DNA of 61,871 nucleotides, from positions 1 through 61,871 of the forward strand of contig JAQCEL010000003.1 in assembly GCA_027618655.1 (NCBI GenBank). Reading direction: 5' to 3'. Under the pieces are notes generated by a model. The model did no database searches. It had not been told where the DNA came from and worked only from the letters and a program-made list of their open reading frames with translations. A program made the position numbers and the translations under genes. Source of the stretch: Pseudomonadota bacterium. GTDB lineage: Bacteria; Pseudomonadota; Gammaproteobacteria; Ga0077536. Shown in pieces: positions 1 to 10,300 of the stretch (the first letter of the stretch is position 1; each line of letters starts with the position of its first letter).

Positions 1-1
1 C

Positions 2-505
2 GGCTGTGTTTCGCGCGACAAAACTGATCTTGAAGACTATGTCGCCTCGGTGCTAGCGCGTCCGGGTGGCAGGATCGACCCGCTACCGCCGATAAAACCC
101 TACGAGGCGTATTTATATCAATCGGGCGAACTTGGCTTGAGAAATCCGTTCCGGTCTTTCTTCGATATCGAACGGGCGAAACAGAAACTTGAACCGAATG
201 AAACGGACGAAGGGCAAAAAGCACTGCTTACCGAGATGCTGACTCATAACGCGGAAGAACTAGAAAAGACGGAGCTGGATTCGCTGCGTATGGTCGGGAT
301 TCTAGAGAACAACGACGAATTGTGGGGAATTATCCGCGATGTCGGAGGCGCCGTGCATCGAGTGCAGATAGGCAACTACATAGGTACGAATTTTGGAAAA
401 ATTCTGAATATCCAGGAGGACAAGATCGACCTCCGCGAAATTATCAAGGACTCGCAAGGACGTTGGGAAGAACGTCCCGCATCCTTAGCTTTATCTGAGG
501 AATAA
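2..505 (+). CDS. pilP: Type IV pilus assembly lipoprotein PilP, 5' end cut by the window edge
   Basis: The frame is open from position 2 (GCVSRDKTDLEDYVASVLARPGG...). The Cys looks like a lipobox residue. The PilP-like stretch RIDPLPPIKPYEAYLY is present, and the gene lies directly upstream of pilQ. Confidence 0.85.
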   Translation, partial: GCVSRDKTDLEDYVASVLARPGGRIDPLPPIKPYEAYLYQSGELGLRNPFRSFFDIERAKQKLEPNETDEGQKALLTEMLTHNAEELEKTELDSLRMVGILENNDELWGIIRDVGGAVHRVQIGNYIGTNFGKILNIQEDKIDLREIIKDSQGRWEERPASLALSEE

Positions 506-527
506 CCCAAAGAAGGGGTGTACGAAA

Positions 528-2696
528 ATGGTGATTGCCATGTTATCTCAAAATCATATTGTTGATGTTGGAGCCCGGGCGCTTGGCGAACGCACTCAGT
601 GTTCTCGCCTCGCGCGAACGGTGCTTACGATTTGCGCTACGCTACTAATGACCTGCGCGTCTGCCGTAACATTGGACAATATTAGCTACACGTCTCTACC
701 TGGCGACCGGGTGCAGCTGCGTCTGCAACTATCGGAACCGGCTAGTGCCGAGCCGCTCAGTTTCACCATTGATAATCCGGCTCGGATCGCGATAGATTTT
801 CCGCAAACGGCGTTAAATGTGACTGACAAATCTCAGAATATTGGGATCGGGAATGCCGAGAGCATCACGGCGGTCGAAGCGGACGGACGCACGCGAGTCG
901 TCGTGAATCTTGTAGACATGGTTCCGTACGATATAAAAACCGATGGCAACATCGTCACGCTAACGCTTGAGGGTGGTGCCGCGGACATCGGCGGGGACAT
1001 GGTGAGCGAAACGGCGACGTTGCCAGGAACGGCGACGAACGCCAGCATCAAAGATATTGATTTCCGGCGTGGGGCAGGCGGCGAAGCGCAAGTCGTGGTC
1101 GATTTGTCGAATCCTGATGTCGGAATAAACATTCGCGAGCAAGGTAAAAATATAATCGTTGATTTCGTAGATACACGCTTGCCTGACGAATTAGACCGGC
1201 GTCTGGACGTGCTCGACTTCGCGACCCCGGCGAAAGAAGTAGACACGTTTACCCATGGTAATGGCACGCGCATGGTAATTACGCCGCAGGGTCTCTATGA
1301 GCACCTTGCGTATCAATCTGAGAATGTCTTCACAATTGAGCTAAAGCCTTTAACGGCAGCCGAAGAGGAGCAACTAAAGAAGGATAAATTCGGTTACACC
1401 GGCGAACGCTTGTCCTTGAATTTTCAGAACATCGAAGTACGCGCAGTACTGCAATTGATTGCGGATTTCAGCGAATTCAATCTCGTTGTGAGTGACACTG
1501 TTGGCGGTAACGTTACCTTACGGCTAAAAAATGTACCTTGGGACCAAGCCATGGACATTATTCTGAAATCGAAAGGTTTAGGAATGCGCCAAATCGGCAA
1601 TGTCGTCATGGTCGCGCCACAAGAAGAAATTGCAGCACGCGAGAAGTTAGAGCTTGAAGCGCAGCAGCAAATTCAGGAGCTCGCGCCGCTTCGTACGGAA
1701 TTCGTCCAAGTGAATTACGCAAAAGCGGCGGAAATCGCCGCGTTGATTAAGGCCAAAGAGAACAATCTGTTGTCGGAGCGTGGCAATGTAACGGTCGATG
1801 TCCGCACCAATACGCTCTTAGTGCAGGACACTGCAGACCAATTGACGATCATTCGAAGCGTCGTACAGGCACTAGATGTGCCGGTTCGACAAGTCCTAAT
1901 AGAGTCTCGCATTGTTATCGCGAACGAAGATTTCAGTAAAGAATTGGGCGTCCGATTCGGTTACAGTCATTTGAATGACCAAAAGAATCTCCGCTTGACA
2001 GGCGCAGGGGGCACGAAATCCGATTTCGTTAGTGCCATTGGTGGTGCTATTCCAGGCGACATCGATTATGGCTCCACCACTGCATTTCATACCGACGGTT
2101 TGGAAAACTATATTGTCGACTTAGGGGTCGCGGGACCCGCCGCAGCTTTTAAATGGTCGATAGGACGGATCGGCAGCTACTTATTGCAACTCGAATTATC
2201 AGCCTTACAAGCAGAAGGCCGCGGCGACGTGGTATCGAGCCCAAGAGTCATAACCGCCAACCAGAAAGAGGCCATCATTGAATCGGGCGCGGAGATACCG
2301 TACCAAGAGGCGTCTTCAAGCGGAGCAACTGCGGTATCCTTTAAGAAAGCGGTACTAAGCCTTAAGGTGACCCCACAAATTACTCCGGACGATAGTATCA
2401 TCATGGATCTGGCGATTAATAAGGACTCAATTGGGGAGATATTCAACAATATTCCAAGTATCGATACGAACGAAGTTTCGACCCAAGTCCTAGTCGCGAA
2501 CGGGGAAACCGTTGTATTAGGTGGCATCTTTGAATCCGATAACCGAAACGACATTACCAGTGTTCCGTTTTTTGGTGAACTCCCATACCTCGGACGGTTA
2601 TTCAAACGTAAATCGGAGAATAGCTCTAAGCAGGAATTGCTGATTTTCGTTACCCCGAAGATCCTCAAAGATTCATTGTCGATTTCATCGCGATAG
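528..2696 (+). CDS. pilQ: Type IV pilus secretin PilQ
   Basis: 722 aa with a signal-like N-terminus and two AMIN-like repeats (LRLQLSEP..IAIDF and VVVDLSNP..IIVDF). The C-terminal secretin domain ends in VPFFGELPYLGRLFK..ELLIFVTPKI. The gene follows pilP. Confidence 0.95.
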   Translation: MVIAMLSQNHIVDVGARALGERTQCSRLARTVLTICATLLMTCASAVTLDNISYTSLPGDRVQLRLQLSEPASAEPLSFTIDNPARIAIDFPQTALNVTDKSQNIGIGNAESITAVEADGRTRVVVNLVDMVPYDIKTDGNIVTLTLEGGAADIGGDMVSETATLPGTATNASIKDIDFRRGAGGEAQVVVDLSNPDVGINIREQGKNIIVDFVDTRLPDELDRRLDVLDFATPAKEVDTFTHGNGTRMVITPQGLYEHLAYQSENVFTIELKPLTAAEEEQLKKDKFGYTGERLSLNFQNIEVRAVLQLIADFSEFNLVVSDTVGGNVTLRLKNVPWDQAMDIILKSKGLGMRQIGNVVMVAPQEEIAAREKLELEAQQQIQELAPLRTEFVQVNYAKAAEIAALIKAKENNLLSERGNVTVDVRTNTLLVQDTADQLTIIRSVVQALDVPVRQVLIESRIVIANEDFSKELGVRFGYSHLNDQKNLRLTGAGGTKSDFVSAIGGAIPGDIDYGSTTAFHTDGLENYIVDLGVAGPAAAFKWSIGRIGSYLLQLELSALQAEGRGDVVSSPRVITANQKEAIIESGAEIPYQEASSSGATAVSFKKAVLSLKVTPQITPDDSIIMDLAINKDSIGEIFNNIPSIDTNEVSTQVLVANGETVVLGGIFESDNRNDITSVPFFGELPYLGRLFKRKSENSSKQELLIFVTPKILKDSLSISSR

Positions 2697-2720
2697 CAAG
2701 AAGCCAGAGAAACTGAAAAG

Positions 2721-2747
2721 CGCGGAGCCGATGCTCCGCGTTTTTTT
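2721..2747 (+). terminator. Rho-independent terminator after pilQ
   Basis: Stem CGCGGAGC (2721-2728), loop CGAT, stem GCTCCGCG (2733-2740), then a T7 run (2741-2747). It lies 25 nt after the pilQ stop. Confidence 0.75.
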
Positions 2748-2916
2748 GCGCATCAGCCAACAACGAGCTGCAACAATCCTGTGACGGGTAGTAGAATCGC
2801 AACTCCGTATTTAATGATTGTCAGCCATTGAGATTTGTTTCAGTTGACAAACGTTTCGAACGGCTTGCTTCGGCACGGAAACTTTCACTCACGTCTCAGC
2901 AGAGTCAGCTTGGTTG

Positions 2917-3426
2917 ATGGCACAATTACGCATATTTCTTATAGGTCCTATGGGCGCAGGGAAAACGACGATTGGGCGTCGGCTCGCGAAAAGCTTGCGT
3001 AAGAATTTTGTCGACGCGGATCAAGAATTGGAACGAAGAACGGGTGCCTCGGTGGCGCTCATTTTCGACGTAGAAGGAGAAGCCGGATTTCGCGAACGCG
3101 AGAAGCGAATCATCGATGAGTTGACTCAGCTAGATAACATAGTGCTTGCTACGGGCGGCGGAGCGATCCTCGACGTGGATAATCGCAAGGCATTATCGGA
3201 ACGCGGCTTTGTGATCTATCTACATGCGTTAGTGGAGGAACTAGTCGAACGTACACGGCACGATTCGAATCGACCGTTGCTGAATACCGATAATCCGGTC
3301 GCTAAAATGCGGGATATTCTGGAGCAGCGAGATGCGCTTTATCGAAGCATCGCAGACCTCGTGATCGACACAGGTACTGTTGGTTTAACAGATGTTGTAA
3401 GAGAAATTCGGATGGCTTGTAAATGA
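2917..3426 (+). CDS. aroK: Shikimate kinase
   Basis: Walker A motif GPMGAGKTTIGR, a size of about 170 aa, and a 4-nt overlap with aroB. An ATG at 2917 lies just inside the TTG at 2914 used in the ORF track. Confidence 0.95.
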   Translation: MAQLRIFLIGPMGAGKTTIGRRLAKSLRKNFVDADQELERRTGASVALIFDVEGEAGFREREKRIIDELTQLDNIVLATGGGAILDVDNRKALSERGFVIYLHALVEELVERTRHDSNRPLLNTDNPVAKMRDILEQRDALYRSIADLVIDTGTVGLTDVVREIRMACK

Positions 3427-4514
3427 CAATAGTTCAAGTCGAGCTTGGTCCGCGCTCGTACCCGATTTTCATCGGTAGTGGACTTCTAGCTGACCGATCC
3501 ATGCTTGCTTCACAGATTGAATCACGTCAGATAATGATCGTCTCCAATACGACCGTAGCGCCGCTTTATATAGGCCTTGTCGAAGAAGCACTTGAAGGGC
3601 GATCGGTACACAGCGTAATCCTTCCTGACGGAGAAGAATTTAAAACCTTAGAGAGCTTCGAAAAAATAATTTCGGCGCTACTTGAACAGCACTTTGATCG
3701 CAGCTGCACCTTGCTCGCACTGGGCGGCGGGGTCATCGGCGATCTCGCAGGTTACGCCGCAGCCAGTTATCAACGCGGCGTTAAATTCGTGCAGATACCT
3801 ACCACCTTGCTAGCGCAAGTTGATTCTTCAGTGGGTGGTAAAACGGCGGTTAACCATCCGCTCGGCAAGAACATGATCGGTTCTTTTCATCAGCCGACCT
3901 GCGTGATCGCGGATCTCGCTACTCTAAACACGTTGCCACAAAGAGAATTGCGCGCCGGCTTAGCAGAAATCATTAAGTATGGATTGATTGATGACCCGGA
4001 GTTCTTTGTGTGGCTAGAGAAGCACCTCGAGGATCTGCTCTTACTTGATAAGGATTGCCTAGAACACGCCATACGCCAGTCGTGCCAGAATAAGGCTAAC
4101 ATCGTGGCAACAGATGAGCTTGAATCAGGTATTCGCGCCCTGCTCAATCTCGGTCATACGTTCGGGCATGGTCTTGAAAACGTTCTAGGATACGGACGAT
4201 GGCTGCATGGTGAAGCAGTTGCTTGTGGAATGAGTATGGCTGCCGATTTGTCCACCCGTATGGGTTTAATGCACGAAGGCGATTATGCGCGAGTCGTATC
4301 GCTTATTAGCCGCGCTGGACTGCCCATCGCGCCGCCGGAAAACGTCGATCCAATGAGCCTAGAAAACGCGATGAAAATCGACAAGAAGAATCGAGGTGGG
4401 CGCATTCGACTCGTTTTACTTCGATCGATAGGCGATGCCTTTCTTTGTGACGACTACCCGACAACCGATTTCCGGAACGTGTTGCGTAATTCCAAAGGCG
4501 CAGTTACTAATTGA
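3423..4514 (+). CDS. aroB: 3-dehydroquinate synthase
   Basis: 363 aa with the GGGVIGDLAGYAAA nucleotide-binding motif and the metal-site motifs LNLGHTFGH and WLHGEAV. The aroK-aroB order is canonical. Confidence 0.95.
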   Translation: MTIVQVELGPRSYPIFIGSGLLADRSMLASQIESRQIMIVSNTTVAPLYIGLVEEALEGRSVHSVILPDGEEFKTLESFEKIISALLEQHFDRSCTLLALGGGVIGDLAGYAAASYQRGVKFVQIPTTLLAQVDSSVGGKTAVNHPLGKNMIGSFHQPTCVIADLATLNTLPQRELRAGLAEIIKYGLIDDPEFFVWLEKHLEDLLLLDKDCLEHAIRQSCQNKANIVATDELESGIRALLNLGHTFGHGLENVLGYGRWLHGEAVACGMSMAADLSTRMGLMHEGDYARVVSLISRAGLPIAPPENVDPMSLENAMKIDKKNRGGRIRLVLLRSIGDAFLCDDYPTTDFRNVLRNSKGAVTN

Positions 4515-5686
4515 ATCGATCAATACGCAACGAGTTATCACGAGATCACCTCGCGCCTTACGCAGTGAGCGAAGAAACGTGCCGGGGTCGCGAGCATGTT
4601 GAAGCTGCGCCGACGTTTCGGTCACCATTTCAGCGCGATCGCGATCGGATAGTTCACAGCTCCGCTTTTCGCCGGCTAGAGTACAAGACGCAAGTCTTCG
4701 TGAATCACGAAGGTGATATGTTCCGAACGCGACTTACCCATACGCTCGAAGTAGCGCAAATCGCGCGTACCGTCGCGCGCGCGCTTAACTTGAACGAAGA
4801 TCTAACCGAAACAATTGCCCTCGCACATGATCTTGGTCACGCACCGTTCGGACACGCAGGCCAAACGGCATTGAATAAGTGTATGCAGAAATTCGGAGGG
4901 TTTGAACATAATCGACAATCGCTTCGCATTGTTCAGTATTTAGAAGATCGCTATCTCGCATTTAGAGGGCTAAATCTATTATTCGAATCGCGCGAGGGGA
5001 TTCTAAAACACTGTAACGCTGACCAAGCGCGAAGCTTGGGCGCGCTCGGACATCGCTTTATCGCGCGTCATCAACCTTCGCTTGAAGCTCAACTGGCCAA
5101 CATTGCCGATGAAATTGCCTACAATCACCATGATATCGACGACGGTATGCGGGCGAATTTGTTGCATATCAGATTGATGCTCGATTCCCCATTGTTCGCG
5201 AGGTTTCATAAGTCCACGGTCCAAAAGTGGCCGCAGGCACCATCCAAGCAGCTATTACACAGCGTCATACGAGCAATGATGAATTACTTCATCACTGATT
5301 TAATCCAATCGACACAAGCCCGCTTAGCGCAAATAGTGCCGAGACACCCAGACGAAATTCGATCGCTGGAGGAGCCCCTTGTAGATTTCAGTCCTCAGGT
5401 GCGCGCGGAACATCTGCAACTAAAGCGGATACTCCGGACGCAGCTCTACCATCACGATCGAGTTCTCGAAAACGCAGATCGTGCGCAAATTGTCGTCGAG
5501 GAATTATTTAATAATTTTTTCTTTGACCCGAACTTTATCGAACCTGCAGACACATCGGATCTTGACCCAAGTTCGGGTTGTCGCGCTCAACTGGTTGCAG
5601 ACTATGTCGCCGGCATGACCGACCGATTTGCCCTATCCGAGCACAAACGAATTTTCCGCACTGACAAGCACGCAAATTCGGCGTAA
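4511..5686 (+). CDS. dGTP triphosphohydrolase-like HD-domain protein
   Basis: Contains FQRDRDRIVHSSAFRRLEYKTQVF, the HD motif (RLTHTLEV..LAHDLGHAPFGH) and a C-terminal DYVAGMTDRFA. The start is uncertain; the TTG at 4511 overlaps the aroB stop. Confidence 0.85.
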   Translation: MNRSIRNELSRDHLAPYAVSEETCRGREHVEAAPTFRSPFQRDRDRIVHSSAFRRLEYKTQVFVNHEGDMFRTRLTHTLEVAQIARTVARALNLNEDLTETIALAHDLGHAPFGHAGQTALNKCMQKFGGFEHNRQSLRIVQYLEDRYLAFRGLNLLFESREGILKHCNADQARSLGALGHRFIARHQPSLEAQLANIADEIAYNHHDIDDGMRANLLHIRLMLDSPLFARFHKSTVQKWPQAPSKQLLHSVIRAMMNYFITDLIQSTQARLAQIVPRHPDEIRSLEEPLVDFSPQVRAEHLQLKRILRTQLYHHDRVLENADRAQIVVEELFNNFFFDPNFIEPADTSDLDPSSGCRAQLVADYVAGMTDRFALSEHKRIFRTDKHANSA

Positions 5687-5698
5687 ATAAGCATCAAC

Positions 5699-7189
5699 AT
5701 GAGCGCAAACTCTAATTCGATCTCGCAAAGGCAGGCGTCAGCAGGAAGCATCGACCCCTTCGTCCACTCGAGCGGCTCGAAGTATTACTTTCCAAACGCC
5801 GCACTACGCCAGCGCATCGAACTAGTGCGACACCTCGTTGAATTCGGTCGCCAAATTATCGTTCTGTCGGGGCCCTCCGGATCCGGGAAATCTGCGATGC
5901 TCGCAGAGGTTTGCGCTGCAGATTTTCGAAATTTGCGCTTGTTGCAGTTCGTCGCGGGTCCGTCACTTAACTACGTGACCTTATTGGAGAAGATCTCTGA
6001 TGAACTTGGGATCACCGATGAGGAGTCTGGCGCTGTAACGATCGAGGCGATTCGAAAGTCTATTACTTCGGCTAGTGCCCGTGGCGAACTGACTTTGCTG
6101 ACCATCGACGACGCACACAATTTGCCGGCCGATACACCCGCAGTTCTCGCCGAGTTAGCCCACAGCAGTGACGAGGCGGCGGAGTTAAAAATAATTTTGG
6201 CGGCCGACCCTGCTGTCTCTCCGCTGATTGAGCTGCTGCAAGGAGAAACACGCCGACAAACGCTCGTTCACGTCGTCGATGTTCCTCGATTTAACATCGA
6301 GCAGATGTCTGATCTGATCAAGCATCGCTGGAACGTCGCCAATGGACCAGGTGAAATTCCATTAAGCAGGGCAGAATTCGCTCAAATATATCAGCAATCT
6401 AACGGTGTCCCTGGGAAAGCTATTGTGCTCGCTCGTCAGATCGAAATACTAAACGCGAATGCGGAGCGTAAGAGTCCGGATCCTGCGTTACGCTATTTAG
6501 CGATCGGTGGCGCGCTGATTGTAGTATTTCTGTTATTTGCGTTTTTTAACGCTGACAATCCAACGGAAACCCAAGATACTCAGATGGACCTTGAGCTACC
6601 TAGCGAGCAGAAGATCGCGCCAACAAACCTTATCCCACTGCCCCTGCCGACATCCGAGAATTCCCGGGAAATCAAAGCAGAAGCGACTTTAGCCCCTCTG
6701 CTTCCGATCGCTGTCGACACTGAGTTACCCGAGGTAACGGGAGCGACGATTACTCCGCAACCCGCAGAACGCGAAACAGAGCCACTTAGTCAAATAGTTG
6801 TAGAACGCGTACCTGATCCCATCCCCCTAGCCGTCCCAAGCACGCCACCCGCGATCGCGAATCCAGCTACGCGCGAGTCGCAACCACCCTCGGACACCAA
6901 GATAAAACAAGAGTACTCCATCGAATGGCTCCGCAGTCGACCGAGGACTGGTTATGTCTTACAACTATTTGGCGTTCGTGACCGAGCCGCAGCCAAAGCA
7001 TTCATCAAAAATCGTGACATCGGCAAACACAGCGACGTCTTAGTCACTGAGCTTTCAGGTCAACCGTGGTACGTCGTTGTTTACAAGTATTATCCGGACC
7101 GCGACTCTGCCCAAGGAGCGATTACCAAGTTACCCCCGAATTTGGCCGGCACTAAGCCTTGGGCGCGCCCTATAGAAAGCCTCCGCTAA
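5699..7189 (+). CDS. ExeA-like AAA ATPase with one TM segment, a Pro-rich linker and a C-terminal SPOR domain (DamX-like)
   Basis: Walker A motif LSGPSGSGKS, a TM segment LAIGGALIVVFLLFAFF and a SPOR-like C-terminus (YVLQLFGVRDRAAAKAF..WYVVVYKYYPDRDSAQGAI). It occupies the position between aroB and gltB seen in pseudomonads. Confidence 0.8.
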   Translation: MSANSNSISQRQASAGSIDPFVHSSGSKYYFPNAALRQRIELVRHLVEFGRQIIVLSGPSGSGKSAMLAEVCAADFRNLRLLQFVAGPSLNYVTLLEKISDELGITDEESGAVTIEAIRKSITSASARGELTLLTIDDAHNLPADTPAVLAELAHSSDEAAELKIILAADPAVSPLIELLQGETRRQTLVHVVDVPRFNIEQMSDLIKHRWNVANGPGEIPLSRAEFAQIYQQSNGVPGKAIVLARQIEILNANAERKSPDPALRYLAIGGALIVVFLLFAFFNADNPTETQDTQMDLELPSEQKIAPTNLIPLPLPTSENSREIKAEATLAPLLPIAVDTELPEVTGATITPQPAERETEPLSQIVVERVPDPIPLAVPSTPPAIANPATRESQPPSDTKIKQEYSIEWLRSRPRTGYVLQLFGVRDRAAAKAFIKNRDIGKHSDVLVTELSGQPWYVVVYKYYPDRDSAQGAITKLPPNLAGTKPWARPIESLR

Positions 7190-7231
7190 CGACCAAATCT
7201 CGTCGGTTCGTCGATCCATAATTACCGATTT

Positions 7232-7249
7232 ATCAATTATTTAATTGAT
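7232..7249. promoter_or_regulatory. Perfect AT-rich palindrome, candidate operator upstream of gltBD
   Basis: ATCAATTA-TT-TAATTGAT has 8-nt arms that are exact reverse complements. It lies about 55 nt upstream of the putative -35 element. Confidence 0.35.
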
Positions 7250-7302
7250 CAAACGCGATCGCGCTAGCGACGCTTTTGGTGTTCCGCGAGCGGTCAATTT
7301 AG

Positions 7303-7332
7303 ATGACACTCGGTTTCGCGTAGAGGTATAAT
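7303..7332 (+). promoter_or_regulatory. Putative sigma70 promoter of gltBD
   Basis: -35 ATGACA (7303-7308), an 18-nt spacer and a consensus -10 TATAAT (7327-7332). It sits 67 nt upstream of the gltB ATG. Confidence 0.45.
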
Positions 7333-7398
7333 CGGCGTCCTTTTTTTTCAAGCTATCAGAAACCTGAGCAGTAAGCTTCAGCGAGGCAAAAAAACCGC

Positions 7399-10300
7399 AT
7401 GTCTGACCTTCGACCACACTTTCCGCAACCGGGGCGACCTGAGGCCGGGTTGTATAACGCTGCCTACGAGCACGATTCGTGTGGCGTTGGATTTGTTGTC
7501 GATATGCACGGCCGAAAATCGCACGACATCATTCAGCACGCGCTCACGGTACTGAAAAACCTATTACACAGAGGCGCTTGTGGTGCCGAAGAAAATACCG
7601 GCGATGGCGCTGGCATTTTGATTCAGATGCCAGATGCTTTCCTGCGCAGCCGGTGCCAGGAAATAGGTATCAAGCTCCCCGCGCCGCAAGAATATGGCAC
7701 GGGTCTCATATTCCTAACGCAAGATGCAAAGGACGCAGCAATCTGTCGCGAAAAATTCGAGGCTATCGTCGCCGAAGAAGGCCAAATCTTGTGTGGCTGG
7801 CGCGACGTTCCCGTCGATAACTCGCCGATTGGTCCGTCGGCTCTGGCTAGTCAACCAACAATCCAGCAGATCTTTATCGCTCGAGGCGCAGGCATTGCAG
7901 ACGGAGACGCTTTTGAACGCAAACTTTACGTCATTCGCAAGCGCATCGAACACGCGATTTGGACTTCGGAAATTGCCGGTAGGGAAGAGTTTTATATCCC
8001 GAGTTTGTCGCATCGCACATTAATATATAAAGGCATGCTCACTGGGAAACAGGTCGAACTAATGTTTCCTGATCTTTGCGATGAACAGCTGGTCAGCGCG
8101 CTCGCTTTAGTGCATCAGCGCTTCTCCACCAACACCTTTCCGTCGTGGCCGCTGGCTCAACCCTTCCGCTACATTGCGCATAACGGTGAAATCAATACCT
8201 TACGTGGCAACGCGAATTGGATGAAAGCCCGCGAAGCGTTGTGTCAGTCCAACCTTTTCGGTGACGACCTAGCTAAGTTATTCCCGATCGTGCTCGAAGG
8301 AAATTCCGACTCTGCCGGTTTCGATCAAGTTCTCGAATTTCTACACATGGCCGGACGACCTTTGCCTTTGGCGATTCTAATGATGATCCCGGAAGCATGG
8401 AGCGGACACGAAGCGATGAGTCCGGATCGACGCGCATTCTATGAATACTACAGTTGCTTGATGGAACCGTGGGACGGACCCGCATCCATCGCATTCACTG
8501 ACGGGAAAGTTATTGGGGCAGTACTCGATCGCAATGGCTTACGTCCTTCGCGCTATTACGTGACCAAGGACGGCTTGGTCGTGATGGCCTCGGAAGTCGG
8601 CGTACTCGACATTCCGCCAGAAAATATCGAGATTAAAGAGCGCCTTCATCCAGGCCGAATTTTCCTGGTTGACACTGAACAAGGCCGAATTATCGACGAC
8701 CAGGAACTCAAACAAGAGTATATAGACGAGCACCCATTCGCTGATTGGCTAGAGAACAATTATAAGCATATCAATGAATTACCTGAGCCGACGAACATAG
8801 AACCGATTGTTCGCGAAACCTTGCTGCAGCGTCAGCAGGCGTTCGGTTACACACACGAAGAATTACGCATCCTGTTGCAACCAATGGCTGAAGATGGGTC
8901 CGAAGCAATTGGCTCAATGGGCACAGATACCGCGCTCGCCGTATTATCTGAGCGCCCTCGATTACTGTACGACTATTTCAAACAACTCTTCGCTCAGGTA
9001 ACAAATCCGCCCCTCGATGGCATCCGTGAGGAGCTTGTGACGCAAGTGTCGTCGCCTATTGGACCTGAATACAATTTACTCGCCGCAACACCCGCAAGTT
9101 GCCGTCAAATTAAGATTGATTCGCCGATCTTGGATAACCGCGATCTTGCACGTATCCGCTATATCGAATTGCACGATTTCCAATGCCGTACGCTCTCAAC
9201 TGTCTATCCGGTAGCGGATGGCGCTGCTGGTTTAGAGCGGGCCATGAATAACTTGTTCACTGAAGTTGACGAGGCGATCGACCTTGGCAATTCATTCATT
9301 ATCTTGTCCGATCGCGGTGTCGACAAACACCGCGCCCAGATCCCAGCCGCACTCGCCATGGCAGGTGTACACCATCACTTGGTGCGAAACGGTAAACGGA
9401 CTCGAGTCGCACTCATAGCGGAATCTGGTGAACCACGAGAAATCCATCATTTCGCGGTACTCCTCGGTTATGGAGCTGATGCTATTAACCCTTATCTCGC
9501 AATTGAGTCTATCGATTCGATGCTGAGATCCCGGGTATTGAAAAAAGTCTCCGGCCATCGCTCTGGGGAACCAGCACTTACTGCTGCGATTCGTAACTTC
9601 ATTAAGGCTGCGAACAAAGGTTTAGTTAAGGTGATGTCCAAAATGGGCATTTCGACAGTGCAGTCGTATCGCGGCGCGCAAATTTTTGAAGCAGTTGGAT
9701 TGAACCAAACATTCATCGACCAATACTTTACGTCTACGGCGACGCGCATCGAAGGCGTTGGATTGGACGTGATTGAACAAGAAACGGCCAGACGCCACAG
9801 GAACGCGTTCCCATCGCGAGTCGTAAAACGACCCGATCTTGAATGGGGCGGCGAGTATCAATGGCGACGCGATGGCGAATACCATCTGTTCAATCCTGAC
9901 ACGGTCTTTAAACTGCAGCACGCAACTCAGTCGGGTCGTTTCGAAATATTCCGCGAATACACGAAGTTAGTGGACGATCAAAGTGAGCGACGGGCAACCT
10001 TGCGCGGCTTGCTGAAGTTTAAACATGAGCGCGAAGCTATCCCTATCGATGAAGTCGAGTCGATTAAATCGATCATTTCGCGGTTTCACTCCGGTGCGAT
10101 GTCGTACGGCTCAATCAGCCGTGAGGCGCACGAAACACTCGCGATTGCGATGAACCGCATCGGCGGGCGATCGAACACAGGCGAAGGCGGGGAAGATCCC
10201 GATCGATATATACCTGATGCCAACGGTGACTCGCGGCGCAGCGCGATCAAACAGGTCGCCTCAGGGCGCTTTGGTGTGACGAGTGAATATCTCGTCAACG

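Noticed and set aside
7479-7820. An Arg-rich 113-aa alternative-frame ORF inside gltB.
   Set aside because: It is fully embedded in a strongly conserved coding region and has an extreme Arg/Trp/Cys composition, so it is a frame artefact.
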